From Clostridiales bacterium (GTDB lineage: Bacteria > Bacillota > Clostridia > Christensenellales > UBA1242), in NCBI GenBank assembly GCA_015055665.1, contig SVHX01000001.1:67873-131872 (forward strand): a stretch of 64,000 nucleotides of DNA, written 5' to 3'. Below, piece after piece: positions 26,023 through 33,884 of this stretch. The notes beneath the pieces were generated by a model. That model did no database searches and was not told where the DNA came from. It saw only the letters and a program-made list of their open reading frames with translations. The position numbers were made by a program, and so were the translations under genes. The stretch's first letter is position 1. Each line of letters starts with the position of its first letter.

Positions 26023-26517
26023 TTATTTTATATCAGTACCAGCGAGTAACTGATTTGTTTGACTATGACAGAGTGCCGCAGCGAGGCCATCAGCAGCATC
26101 ATCTGGTCTTGGTATAGAATTAAGTTTAAGAATTGCCTTAACCATGAATTGCACTTGATGTTTATCTGCCCTTCCGTTACCGGTAAGTGCTTGTTTGATT
26201 TGAAGTGGTGTATACTCAAACAATTTGCATCCTTTATTCATGCAAGCCAGTATAATTACACCCCTTGCCTCAGCAACGGCTATACCGGTTGTGATATTTG
26301 TATTAAAGAACAACTCCTCAATCGCTACCTGATCAGGCTTGTATTGGTCTATTAGGGCACACATACCTTTGTAGATTTTTTCAAGTCGAACAGGGAGAGT
26401 ATCTTCCTTAGGCGTATTAATTACGCCATAATCAACAACTTCAGTTCTACCCTTTTGTTTATCAAGCACACCAAAGCCTACTATTGCAAGCCCCGGATCA
26501 ATTCCTAAAATAATCAT
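26023..26517 (-). CDS. ruvC: crossover junction endodeoxyribonuclease RuvC
   Basis: Starts MIILGIDPG and contains IEELFF and DAADGLAAALCH. Confidence 0.93.
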   Translation of the reverse strand: MIILGIDPGLAIVGFGVLDKQKGRTEVVDYGVINTPKEDTLPVRLEKIYKGMCALIDQYKPDQVAIEELFFNTNITTGIAVAEARGVIILACMNKGCKLFEYTPLQIKQALTGNGRADKHQVQFMVKAILKLNSIPRPDDAADGLAAALCHSQTNQLLAGTDIK

Positions 26518-26538
26518 TATTCACCTACTATACTATAT

Positions 26539-26568
26539 AGTATATCTTAAAGTATAATTGCAAGTCAA
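26539..26568 (-). promoter_or_regulatory. sigma-A-type promoter of ruvCAB
   Basis: TTGACT-18 nt-TATACT on the minus strand. Confidence 0.4.
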
Positions 26569-26579
26569 ACAAATGTTCT
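26566..26579 (-). promoter_or_regulatory. candidate LexA (Cheo) box overlapping the ruvC -35
   Basis: Minus strand reads AGAACATTTGTTTG versus the Firmicute consensus CGAAC-N4-GTTCG. The core GAAC-N4-GTT is intact. Confidence 0.35.
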
Positions 26580-26619
26580 TGATAATTCAAATTTATGTTT
26601 AGTAATCTATTCAAATGAT

Positions 26620-26647
26620 GAAAAAGAGATAGCTAATCTATCCCTTT
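26620..26647 (-). terminator. terminator after yebC
   Basis: AGGGATAG-5 nt-CTATCTCT followed by TTTT on the minus strand. Confidence 0.4.
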
Positions 26648-26668
26648 ATTTCAAATTAATAAATTTAA

Positions 26669-27397
26669 TTATTCTGATATATCTACATTATGATAAACTC
26701 CTTGAACATCATCATAATCTTCAAGATAATCAATCATCTTCTGGAAAGTTGCTTCCTTCTCTTCCTCAAGAGTAACGTAGTTGGAAGGAATCATATCAAG
26801 TACACTATCAGCTATAGTAACACCGTTACCTTCCAAGGCTACCTTAACATCATCAAAAGTTTCTGGTGTGGTATATATTTCGAATACATCATCTTCAATA
26901 TTAATATCCTCAGCACCACAGTCAAGAGCAATCATCATCATATCATCATCAGAAATTCCAGTACCTTTCTGAACATAGATAACGCCTTTCTTAGTAAATA
27001 AATAAGATACACAGCCATTGCTACCAAGTGATCCACCAAATTTATCAAATGCGTGTCTAACGTCGCTTGCAGTTCTGTTCTTGTTATCAGTAAGTGCGTA
27101 TACAATTACAGCACTACCACCAACACCATAACCTTCGTAAGTCATACTCTCGTAGTTAACGGTATTAAGTTCTCCACTTGCTTTCTTGATGCTACGATTA
27201 ATATTATCGTTAGGCATATTAATGGCTTTTGCTTTAGCAATAATATTCTTAAGCTGATTGTTCGAATTAGGGTCTGGACCACCCAATTTAACTGCTACAG
27301 CAATTTCTCTACCGATTTTAGTAAACATTTTTGCATTTTGTTGGTCGTTCTTCTCTTTTGCATTTTTTATCTTCGACCACTTATTATGTCCTGACAT
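26669..27397 (-). CDS. yebC: YebC/PmpR family DNA-binding transcriptional regulator
   Basis: Starts MSGHNKWSKIKNAKEKND, a family-typical N-terminus. 242 aa. Confidence 0.93.
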   Translation of the reverse strand: MSGHNKWSKIKNAKEKNDQQNAKMFTKIGREIAVAVKLGGPDPNSNNQLKNIIAKAKAINMPNDNINRSIKKASGELNTVNYESMTYEGYGVGGSAVIVYALTDNKNRTASDVRHAFDKFGGSLGSNGCVSYLFTKKGVIYVQKGTGISDDDMMMIALDCGAEDINIEDDVFEIYTTPETFDDVKVALEGNGVTIADSVLDMIPSNYVTLEEEKEATFQKMIDYLEDYDDVQGVYHNVDISE

Positions 27398-27413
27398 AAT
27401 TCACTCCTTAATT

Positions 27414-28148
27414 TTATCTTAATAAATACATTATAATTCCAGCACTAACACTAGCATTTAGACTCTCAACACTATTCTCCATTGGAATCGAAATAATAGT
27501 ATCAGCCATATTTTCTATTTCTTCACAAACTCCATTGCCTTCGTTACCAATAACAATAGCATAAGCTCCTAATTTTTCTTTATCAATCTTATCTATGCTT
27601 ACGCCATCCATGTCGGCAGCAATGATATTTAGATTATATGCATCTTTTAGCTTAATCAACTCATCAATAGATATATCTAAGAAATTAACATTAAATACCT
27701 GCCCCATGCTAGATCTGATACATTTGGCTGTATATGGGTACACAGATTCTAGAGATAGTATTGTATTATATCCAAATGCACAAGCGCTACGAATAATCGC
27801 CCCCATATTGCTTGGATCTTGTATATGGTCAAGAATCAAACATTTAGAATAATCAACCTTCCCATCATGAGGAATATTAGCAATTGCAAATACTCCATCT
27901 GTAGTGATAGTTTCGGACAAATACTCAGCGATTGCTGATGATATTATCATAACCTTATCACATGGCAAGTTTTTCACCAAGTCTTCCTTACCCTCAACCA
28001 CAAGAATTGTATCGACCATATTCCTATTAGCAAGCTCCCTTACTAACTTGATACTCTCGACAAGTGCTTGTCCTAGTTGGCGAGAATACTTCTTACTTTT
28101 AATATTTAGACAAGTCTTAATAATTTCATTACTTTTGCTGGTAATCAT
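27414..28148 (-). CDS. TrmH/SpoU-family RNA 2'-O-methyltransferase
   Basis: I trimmed the start to MITSKS (ATG 28148, AAGGAG 4 nt upstream). Contains DPSNMGAIIRSA, GNEGNGV and SLNASVSAGIIMY. Confidence 0.85.
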   Translation of the reverse strand: MITSKSNEIIKTCLNIKSKKYSRQLGQALVESIKLVRELANRNMVDTILVVEGKEDLVKNLPCDKVMIISSAIAEYLSETITTDGVFAIANIPHDGKVDYSKCLILDHIQDPSNMGAIIRSACAFGYNTILSLESVYPYTAKCIRSSMGQVFNVNFLDISIDELIKLKDAYNLNIIAADMDGVSIDKIDKEKLGAYAIVIGNEGNGVCEEIENMADTIISIPMENSVESLNASVSAGIIMYLLR

Positions 28149-28164
28149 AACACTCCTTAACAAA

Positions 28165-28193
28165 AGTTAAAACAAGTATAAAATATACTTGTC
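28165..28193 (-). terminator. hairpin / weak terminator after rplT
   Basis: ACAAGTATA-TTT-TATACTTGT followed by TTTAAC on the minus strand. The U tract is poor. Confidence 0.3.
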
Positions 28194-28211
28194 TTAAATC
28201 TAATAATTAAA

Positions 28212-28568
28212 TTATTTAGCAATTGCTTTCTTAGCAGTTGCAACAAGGCTTGCAAATGCCTTCTCATCTGTAGCAGCAAGATCTGCAAGAACCTTACGGT
28301 TAAGGTCGATATTAGCAACCTTTAGGCCATGCATGAATTGGCTGTAAGACATATCGTTAGCTCTACATCCAGCGTTAATTCTTGCAATCCATAGTTGTCT
28401 AAAATCTCTCTTCTTAAGTCTTCTACCAATATAAGCATACTGACCAGCTTTCATAACAGCTTGTCTAGCTACTCTATATAATTTGCTTCTTGCTCCCCAG
28501 TAACCTTTAGCACTTCTAAGGATTTTTCTTCTCTTCTTTAATGCGTTTACACTTCTCTTAATTCTCAT
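28212..28568 (-). CDS. rplT: 50S ribosomal protein L20
   Basis: Starts [17 protein letters not shown] and contains [13 protein letters not shown]. Confidence 0.97.
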   Translation of the reverse strand: MRIKRSVNALKKRRKILRSAKGYWGARSKLYRVARQAVMKAGQYAYIGRRLKKRDFRQLWIARINAGCRANDMSYSQFMHGLKVANIDLNRKVLADLAATDEKAFASLVATAKKAIAK

Positions 28569-28588
28569 AAGTTATCCTCCTCTTTGCT

Positions 28589-28783
28589 TTATGCAGAAAG
28601 CAATCCTTTAATGTTTTTCTCGTCAGCTTTAGATACATATCCAGCTTTTCTTAAGTGTCTCTTTCTGTCTGGAGACTTCTTAGTTAAGATGTGACGTCTG
28701 TTCATCTTATTTCTTTTGATAAGTCCTGATTTTTTAAGTTTAAATCTCTTTTTTGCTCCTGTGTGAGTCTTTTGCTTAGGCAT
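28589..28783 (-). CDS. rpmI: 50S ribosomal protein L35
   Basis: Starts [20 protein letters not shown]. Confidence 0.97.
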   Translation of the reverse strand: MPKQKTHTGAKKRFKLKKSGLIKRNKMNRRHILTKKSPDRKRHLRKAGYVSKADEKNIKGLLSA

Positions 28784-28806
28784 AATTTTCTCTCCTTTGT
28801 TTTTAA

Positions 28807-29370
28807 TTATTTAGTATTCTTTGGTGATAATACCATTACTATTTGTCTACCATTAATCTCAGGCTTGCTAGTCAGTTCGCAAACATCAGACAACATCTCA
28901 TAGAACTTCTCCATAATAGGTAGTCCCATCTGAGGATTGGCTAGCTGTCTACCAAACATCCTTAGCGATACTTTAACCTTGTCACCGTTGGTAAGGAACT
29001 TACGCACGTTCTTAGCCTTAAACTGCATATCATTATCAGCAATATTCATGCTAAGTTGCATACCTTTGACTTCCGATACCTTCTGCTTCTTCTTAGCTTC
29101 CTTCTCTTTCTTCATGGTATCGAATCTGTGCTTACCATAGTCCATAATCTTACAAACTGGTGGTGTAGCATTAGGAGACATAAGCACTAGGTCTAGATTC
29201 TCCTCCTCGGCCTTCTGCATAGCCTCTTTGTAACTAACGATGCCAAGAGCTTCGCCTTGACTTCCTATAAGCCTTACCTGTTGAACACGAATTTGTTCGT
29301 TAATAAGTAACTCTTTAATAGTGGTGTACCCCCAAAACATATTTATAGCTAGAAAAAAGTGAGTAAACAT
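28807..29370 (-). CDS. infC: translation initiation factor IF-3 (start uncertain)
   Basis: Contains ..[23 protein letters not shown].. and the C-terminal domain. ATG 29370 has GAGGAG 9 nt upstream. An alternative classic AUU start at 29319 (ATT AAA GAG, GGGGG 10 nt upstream) would remove 17 atypical N-terminal residues. Confidence 0.9.
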   Translation of the reverse strand: MFTHFFLAINMFWGYTTIKELLINEQIRVQQVRLIGSQGEALGIVSYKEAMQKAEEENLDLVLMSPNATPPVCKIMDYGKHRFDTMKKEKEAKKKQKVSEVKGMQLSMNIADNDMQFKAKNVRKFLTNGDKVKVSLRMFGRQLANPQMGLPIMEKFYEMLSDVCELTSKPEINGRQIVMVLSPKNTK

Positions 29371-29477
29371 ATTTACCCACTCCTCAACAAATAAATAAAA
29401 AATTATCTATTATCTTTACCACACCAAAACGATATTCGGAGGGTGAGAAGTGGAACTTCTTCTTTAACTACGATACA

Positions 29478-29506
29478 ATTATATATGCAATTAATACATT
29501 TGTCAA
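29478..29506 (-). promoter_or_regulatory. consensus sigma-A promoter of infC-rpmI-rplT (leader ~100 nt)
   Basis: TTGACA (29506-29501), a 17-nt spacer, then TATAAT (29483-29478) on the minus strand. Confidence 0.55.
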
Positions 29507-29599
29507 TGCTTTTTAGCAATATTTTTCATATTTTATAATATTATAAAAGCAAAACTCAAAAATCTACCACAATCAATTGTCTAGCTATGACAATGTTGC

Positions 29600-29642
29600 A
29601 AAAAAAACACAAACATCAAAAGATATCCCTTCTGATGTTTGT
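29600..29642 (-). terminator. rho-independent terminator downstream of spoIVB
   Basis: ACAAACATCAGAAG-6 nt-CTTTTGATGTTTGT followed by G TTTTTTTT on the minus strand. Confidence 0.7.
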
Positions 29643-29648
29643 CTAATC

Positions 29649-29677
29649 ACTATAGCATACAATTATTCATTTGTCAA
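29649..29677 (-). promoter_or_regulatory. second promoter-like element (near-duplicate of the infC promoter) facing directly into the terminator
   Basis: TTGACA-17 nt-TATAGT on the minus strand. It shares ATTGACAAATG..TAATTG with the promoter at 29478-29506. Confidence 0.35.
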
Positions 29678-29707
29678 TAGTTTTTATAAAAATTTTTAAT
29701 AAAATTA

Positions 29708-30907
29708 TTACTGCTCAATCATCCAATCGATATAAAGTCCAAAACCTTTGGTAGCGTCATTTACAAACACATGAGTCACTGCTCCAATAAGCTTGCCGTT
29801 CTGAATTATTGGGCTACCACTCATACCTTGCACTATTCCACCAGTTCGTTCGATAAGATCCTTGTCGGTTACACGGATAACCATACTCTTCTGATTACTG
29901 GATGATTGGAAGTTTGTTTTAATTATCTCTATGTCAAATTCCTCAATCGTTTCACCATCTATACAAGAAAGTATTGTTGCATTACCAGGTCTAGCAGATA
30001 GTCTTCCACCTATATCAATTGAAGTTTTACCATCAGTTAGGATACCAACATCATCAACATAACCATATACACCATATTCACAATTTTTATCAACAGAGCC
30101 AATTACGTTCTCGCGACTAAAAGTACCCATTAGTTCGCCCGCTCTACCAGATACGCCTCTTTTGACACCAAGAATTTTGGATCTGTAAATATTACCACCA
30201 CTAACCTCTAGGCACTCGTTAGTTTCGCTATCATTAATCGAGTGACCCAGAGAGCCAAAGCGACCAGTTGTCGCATTAATAAATGTCAAAGTTCCAACGC
30301 CAACTGCATCTTCTTTAACCCATAAACCTAGCTTATAAGTATTACTAAGTTTATCTAGTGCTGGCTGTATTCCGATAGTAAGCACCTCGCCTTGTCTCTT
30401 TACAGTTAGAAGCAGTTCGCTACCATCATAATCATTTAGGATATTATTAATATCTGTAACTGTATTTACCTCTATATCATTAATATGTGTTATGATATCA
30501 CCCGTCTGCAAATCGCTATCTTCAAACGGTTTAGCTATGCCGTTATTCGACAATATATAATTACCACCGATTAAGATAAGACCTTTTGACTGCAATGTAA
30601 AACCAAGACTGTTGCCTCCAGCAAAGTATCTATCTGGCTCAATTACATTAACTCTAAGTCTCTTGATATTAAATAAATCAAACAACTTATAATCAAGTAC
30701 GAATTGCTGATTGTCTTGAGGATCGGTTGAGGTTGTTACAACACTTGGACTAATGAAGAAATTACCACTAAGCATTTCGGCAAATTCTTCGGTAGTAACA
30801 TACATATCGTTCTCGAGTGTTGTGTATGTTTGGTATGGAAAGCAAAGAGAAATTACGACAAAAATCGCTGCTAAAAAAATTTTTAAAATCTTACGATTTT
30901 TTGCCAT
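29708..30907 (-). CDS. spoIVB: SpoIVB peptidase (S55 sporulation signalling protease)
   Basis: N-terminal TM, a PDZ-like segment (GDIITHINDIEV), GTLTFINATTGRFGSLGHSI and the catalytic-Ser region GMSGSPI. Confidence 0.88.
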   Translation of the reverse strand: MAKNRKILKIFLAAIFVVISLCFPYQTYTTLENDMYVTTEEFAEMLSGNFFISPSVVTTSTDPQDNQQFVLDYKLFDLFNIKRLRVNVIEPDRYFAGGNSLGFTLQSKGLILIGGNYILSNNGIAKPFEDSDLQTGDIITHINDIEVNTVTDINNILNDYDGSELLLTVKRQGEVLTIGIQPALDKLSNTYKLGLWVKEDAVGVGTLTFINATTGRFGSLGHSINDSETNECLEVSGGNIYRSKILGVKRGVSGRAGELMGTFSRENVIGSVDKNCEYGVYGYVDDVGILTDGKTSIDIGGRLSARPGNATILSCIDGETIEEFDIEIIKTNFQSSSNQKSMVIRVTDKDLIERTGGIVQGMSGSPIIQNGKLIGAVTHVFVNDATKGFGLYIDWMIEQ

Positions 30908-30914
30908 AAAAAAT

Positions 30915-30948
30915 ACTCCTATATAAATGTAAAAATACTTATAGGAGT
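30915..30948 (-). promoter_or_regulatory. hairpin sequestering the spoIVB SD
   Basis: Minus strand reads ACTCCTATA-16 nt-TATAGGAGT followed by ATTTTTT ATG. The 3' arm contains the only SD (AGGAG) of spoIVB. Confidence 0.4.
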
Positions 30949-31007
30949 AGTTTATATAAAATTAACGATATTATGCACTTATTAACTTGGTAATCTTTGC
31001 TATTAGA

Positions 31008-32711
31008 TTAATTGGAATAGCTCTTAAATCCTCTTGCCATTGTAATTAATTCTCTCGCATGATTGATTGATGTTTCGCTATTATTACCACTAAGCATACG
31101 AGCAATTTCTTGTACTTTAGAGTCTTCGTCTAATCTTCTAACAGATGTAACAGTCATATTGTTTTCATCATATTTCTCAATCTTGAAGTTGATATCTCCA
31201 AAGCTCGCAATCTGAGCAAGGTGCGTAATACATATTACTTGGTTGGTTCGACTAATCTGACATATCTTCTCACCAACAACGCCACCAATCTCTCCACCGA
31301 TTCCAGTATCAATTTCGTCAAATATACAAGTTTTATTATTATCGCTATTCATAATAGACTTAAATGCTAGCATAAATCTACTCATTTCTCCACCAGAAAT
31401 TATCTGAGCAAGAGGTCGTGGCTCAACTCCTAGATTGGCACTAAATAAAAATTCAACCTCATCTGCGCCATCTGGATTAACTTGACTTTCTATAACATCA
31501 ATATTAAGGTCATTTTTAAACTCAACCACAAATCTAGAATTCTTCATGCCAAGCAATTTGAGTTCGGATTCTAGTTTAACCGAGAACTTCTCAATCTCTT
31601 TAGTCCTCACTGCTCTTAATTGTTGGCAAAGCTCCAATATCTCCCTTAAGACATTGCTCTTGTTACTAGATAATCGTGCTAGTTCCTCATCAGCATTAAT
31701 CAGTAATTGCAAGCGATCATTTAACTTAGCTCGGTGCGAAAGTACATCCTCTATAGAATTGCCGTACTTTCGCTCAAGGTCATTAATCAGCATAAGCCTA
31801 TCCTCTAGCCTGTCTAGCTCACGCTCATCATAAACAACCGAATCCGATAGCGACTCAATTGTGGAAGTGATATCTTGGAATTCGTATCTAAGGGATGCCA
31901 GCCTTCTGTTTAGATCTTCCGCACCATCCAAATATTCTTCGGCTGATGTAAGCGCACTAATAGCTGTTTTGATAGCTCCATCTATCGAATATTCACCGCT
32001 AAGCGATTCTCTTGCTACATTGATAGATGCAGCAATCTTTTCGGCGTTCTGCATTGCTTTGATTTGTATCTTTAAATTCTCTTCCTCTCCAATCTCTAGA
32101 TTAGCATTGTCAATCTCCGATATCTGGAATTTGAGCAAGTCTATACTATTTTCTCTATCTTTATCAAGACCACCGAGTTCCTTAATAGCAGAATTAATAT
32201 CGTGTAGTTCGTTCAATTGAATAAATAAATTGTTTTTCACTCCTCTCAACGAATCTTCAAACAAGCTATCAAGCAGGTTTAAATGATTATTGCTATCAAG
32301 CAATATCTGGCTATCATTTTGACCAAATATATCCAGTACATGAGAAGATAACTTGCGGATAATATTAAGGGTAACAATTTCGCCATTAACCCTACACTCA
32401 TTTTTGCCACTGATATTAAATTGCCTAGAAATGATAAGAGTGCCCTCGTTCTCGAGTCCAATAGAAGATAATATCTCGTTAATCCCCTCGTTGTCTTCCG
32501 CAATAGAAAATACTCCCTCTACACGAGAGAATTCTTCTCCAGACTTAATAAAAGTCTTATCTGCACGAACTCCTGTCAAGAAGACCAACGCATCAACAAT
32601 AAGGGATTTACCAGCACCCGTTTCGCCAGTCAGAACATTAAACCCCTCGCCAAATTCTACACTAGACTGAGATATCAGTGCGAAATTGGTTATCCTAATA
32701 CACTCTAACAT
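31008..32711 (-). CDS. recN: DNA repair protein RecN
   Basis: I trimmed the start to MLECIRITNFALI (ATG 32711, SD GAGGT). Contains Walker A GETGAGKS, a coiled-coil middle region and the SGGEMSR signature. Confidence 0.93.
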   Translation of the reverse strand: MLECIRITNFALISQSSVEFGEGFNVLTGETGAGKSLIVDALVFLTGVRADKTFIKSGEEFSRVEGVFSIAEDNEGINEILSSIGLENEGTLIISRQFNISGKNECRVNGEIVTLNIIRKLSSHVLDIFGQNDSQILLDSNNHLNLLDSLFEDSLRGVKNNLFIQLNELHDINSAIKELGGLDKDRENSIDLLKFQISEIDNANLEIGEEENLKIQIKAMQNAEKIAASINVARESLSGEYSIDGAIKTAISALTSAEEYLDGAEDLNRRLASLRYEFQDITSTIESLSDSVVYDERELDRLEDRLMLINDLERKYGNSIEDVLSHRAKLNDRLQLLINADEELARLSSNKSNVLREILELCQQLRAVRTKEIEKFSVKLESELKLLGMKNSRFVVEFKNDLNIDVIESQVNPDGADEVEFLFSANLGVEPRPLAQIISGGEMSRFMLAFKSIMNSDNNKTCIFDEIDTGIGGEIGGVVGEKICQISRTNQVICITHLAQIASFGDINFKIEKYDENNMTVTSVRRLDEDSKVQEIARMLSGNNSETSINHARELITMARGFKSYSN

Positions 32712-32723
32712 ATTTACCTCTAT

Positions 32724-32737
32724 AAAACTTATGTTCG
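32724..32737 (-). promoter_or_regulatory. candidate LexA (Cheo) box just downstream of the recN -10
   Basis: Minus strand reads CGAACATAAGTTTT versus the consensus CGAAC-N4-GTTCG. recN is a canonical SOS gene. Confidence 0.5.
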
Positions 32738-32742
32738 CATAT

Positions 32743-32771
32743 ATTCTAACAAATTTTATAAGAATCTCCAA
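32743..32771 (-). promoter_or_regulatory. sigma-A-type promoter of recN
   Basis: TTGGAG-17 nt-TGtTAGAAT on the minus strand. Confidence 0.45.
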
Positions 32772-32782
32772 ATTAATAAAAT

Positions 32783-32812
32783 AAAAAAATACAATTCCCA
32801 CCTGAATTGTAT
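32783..32812 (-). terminator. rho-independent terminator after argR
   Basis: ATACAATTC-6 nt-GAATTGTAT followed by a T-run on the minus strand. Confidence 0.65.
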
Positions 32813-32832
32813 TTTCAAAAAATAATTACAAA

Positions 32833-33285
32833 TTAATTAATAAGTGAATTCAATTTGTCCTTAACAAATAGAGCATCATCTTGATCACTAGTAATAATCA
32901 TTACGGTATCATCACCAAATGTACACCCCAACACCTGTGATAGTGACATCTGATCTATAAGTCCGCTAACCATACCCGCAGTCCCCTTGATAACCTTAAC
33001 AACGGTTAGGTTCATAGCAGATTTAACAGATATCACACACTCCTTAAAAATGTTAAGACATTTATTAGATAATGCTTGAGTTGACGAATTAACTATAGCG
33101 TACTTATACTTCTTGCTGTCAGTAAGAATTTTAATGAGCCCCAACTCCTTAATATCTCTACTGATAGTAGCTTGTGTAACATCAAAGTTAGCATTTCTTA
33201 ATGCTGTAACTAGTTCTTCTTGAGTCTCTATCTCTTGCAAGGAAATAAGTTCTAGTATTTTAGATTGCCTTGAATTACGAGCCAT
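32833..33285 (-). CDS. argR: arginine repressor ArgR/AhrC
   Basis: Contains RQSKILELI..EIETQEELVTALR..VTQATISRDIKELGL and a C-terminal GTIAGDDT-like region (GCTFGDDTVMII). Confidence 0.93.
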   Translation of the reverse strand: MARNSRQSKILELISLQEIETQEELVTALRNANFDVTQATISRDIKELGLIKILTDSKKYKYAIVNSSTQALSNKCLNIFKECVISVKSAMNLTVVKVIKGTAGMVSGLIDQMSLSQVLGCTFGDDTVMIITSDQDDALFVKDKLNSLIN

Positions 33286-33320
33286 AATTGTTCCACCTCA
33301 ATAAACTATAATTAATTTGC

Positions 33321-33351
33321 TACAATAGTTATTCCACCAATAACTATTGTA
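33321..33351 (-). promoter_or_regulatory. perfect 12-bp hairpin in the argR leader presenting a GGUGGA loop
   Basis: Minus strand reads TACAATAGTTAT-TGGTGGA-ATAACTATTGTA. The motif GGTGGAA also occurs at 33370-33376 and within the argR SD (33291-33297). Confidence 0.4.
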
Positions 33352-33508
33352 ACTATATGTGAGTCTACGTTCCACCAACATAGCCGTCACACACAATCTA
33401 ATATAACTATTAGATTAAGATTAACTTGTCTGCAACATCCAAATCATATCCCCATATAACCAGCGGTTGCATACAATTAATCCTATCACATGATTAGTGA
33501 TTGCTATA

Positions 33509-33537
33509 ATTATACACCATGTTTAATGTTTATGCAA
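33509..33537 (-). promoter_or_regulatory. sigma-A-type promoter upstream of argR (leader ~220 nt)
   Basis: TTGCAT-17 nt-TATAAT on the minus strand. Confidence 0.45.
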
Positions 33538-33543
33538 GGGGTT

Positions 33544-33561
33544 TTTGAATATTTATTCATA
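33544..33561 (-). promoter_or_regulatory. ARG box (ArgR operator)
   Basis: TTTGAATATTTATTCATA matches the 18-nt consensus wnTGAATwwwwATTCAnw at every defined position. A partial second box, TTCATAAAAATTCA, lies at 33568-33581 (centres 22 bp apart). Confidence 0.5.
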
Positions 33562-33833
33562 AAATTTTTCATAAAAATTCAGAGCTGTGAATATTGAAAA
33601 TTGCAAATGTATATTTATGCAGTTTTATGTATAATGGCTTAATGTAGCCATTTAACAACTATAAATTTAGGCAAAACGCGACAATTTTCGACTTTTATGC
33701 ATAATTTTGGTATATTTATACTTTGATAACTAATAATAAAATTTTTGTTAATGAATTTTACCCTATCACTTATTTTGAAATAATGCAGAATATTGTATAG
33801 TAAGATTATTACACTATTAAAATTTAATACATG

Positions 33834-33872
33834 AAAAAAAGTTGCCATATATTATCCATATATAGCAACTTT
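33834..33872 (-). terminator. rho-independent terminator after proS
   Basis: 15-bp stem AAAGTTGCTATATAT/ATATATGGCAACTTT (one mismatch) with a 5-nt loop and a T-run. Confidence 0.65.
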
Positions 33873-33884
33873 ACTTAGTCAAAA

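Noticed and set aside
33400-33470. Small upstream ORFs in the argR leader, for example MQPLVIWGYDLDVADKLILI and a 27-codon ORF ending at the argR SD.
   Set aside because: They have weak or absent SDs and no features of Arg-sensing leader peptides. They cannot be supported from sequence alone.
33286-33508. The argR leader as a known riboswitch, T-box, 6S or SRP RNA.
   Set aside because: I could find no T-box specifier/antiterminator motif, no SRP domain IV motif and no riboswitch core sequence I recognise. I report it only as an unassigned structured leader.
33639-33848. 69-aa minus-strand ORF in the proS-argR intergenic region.
   Set aside because: It has no SD. Its 5' end overlaps the proS terminator hairpin. 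The sequence is extremely AT-rich with I/N/K/F content typical of non-coding DNA. The region is better explained as a promoter/operator region.
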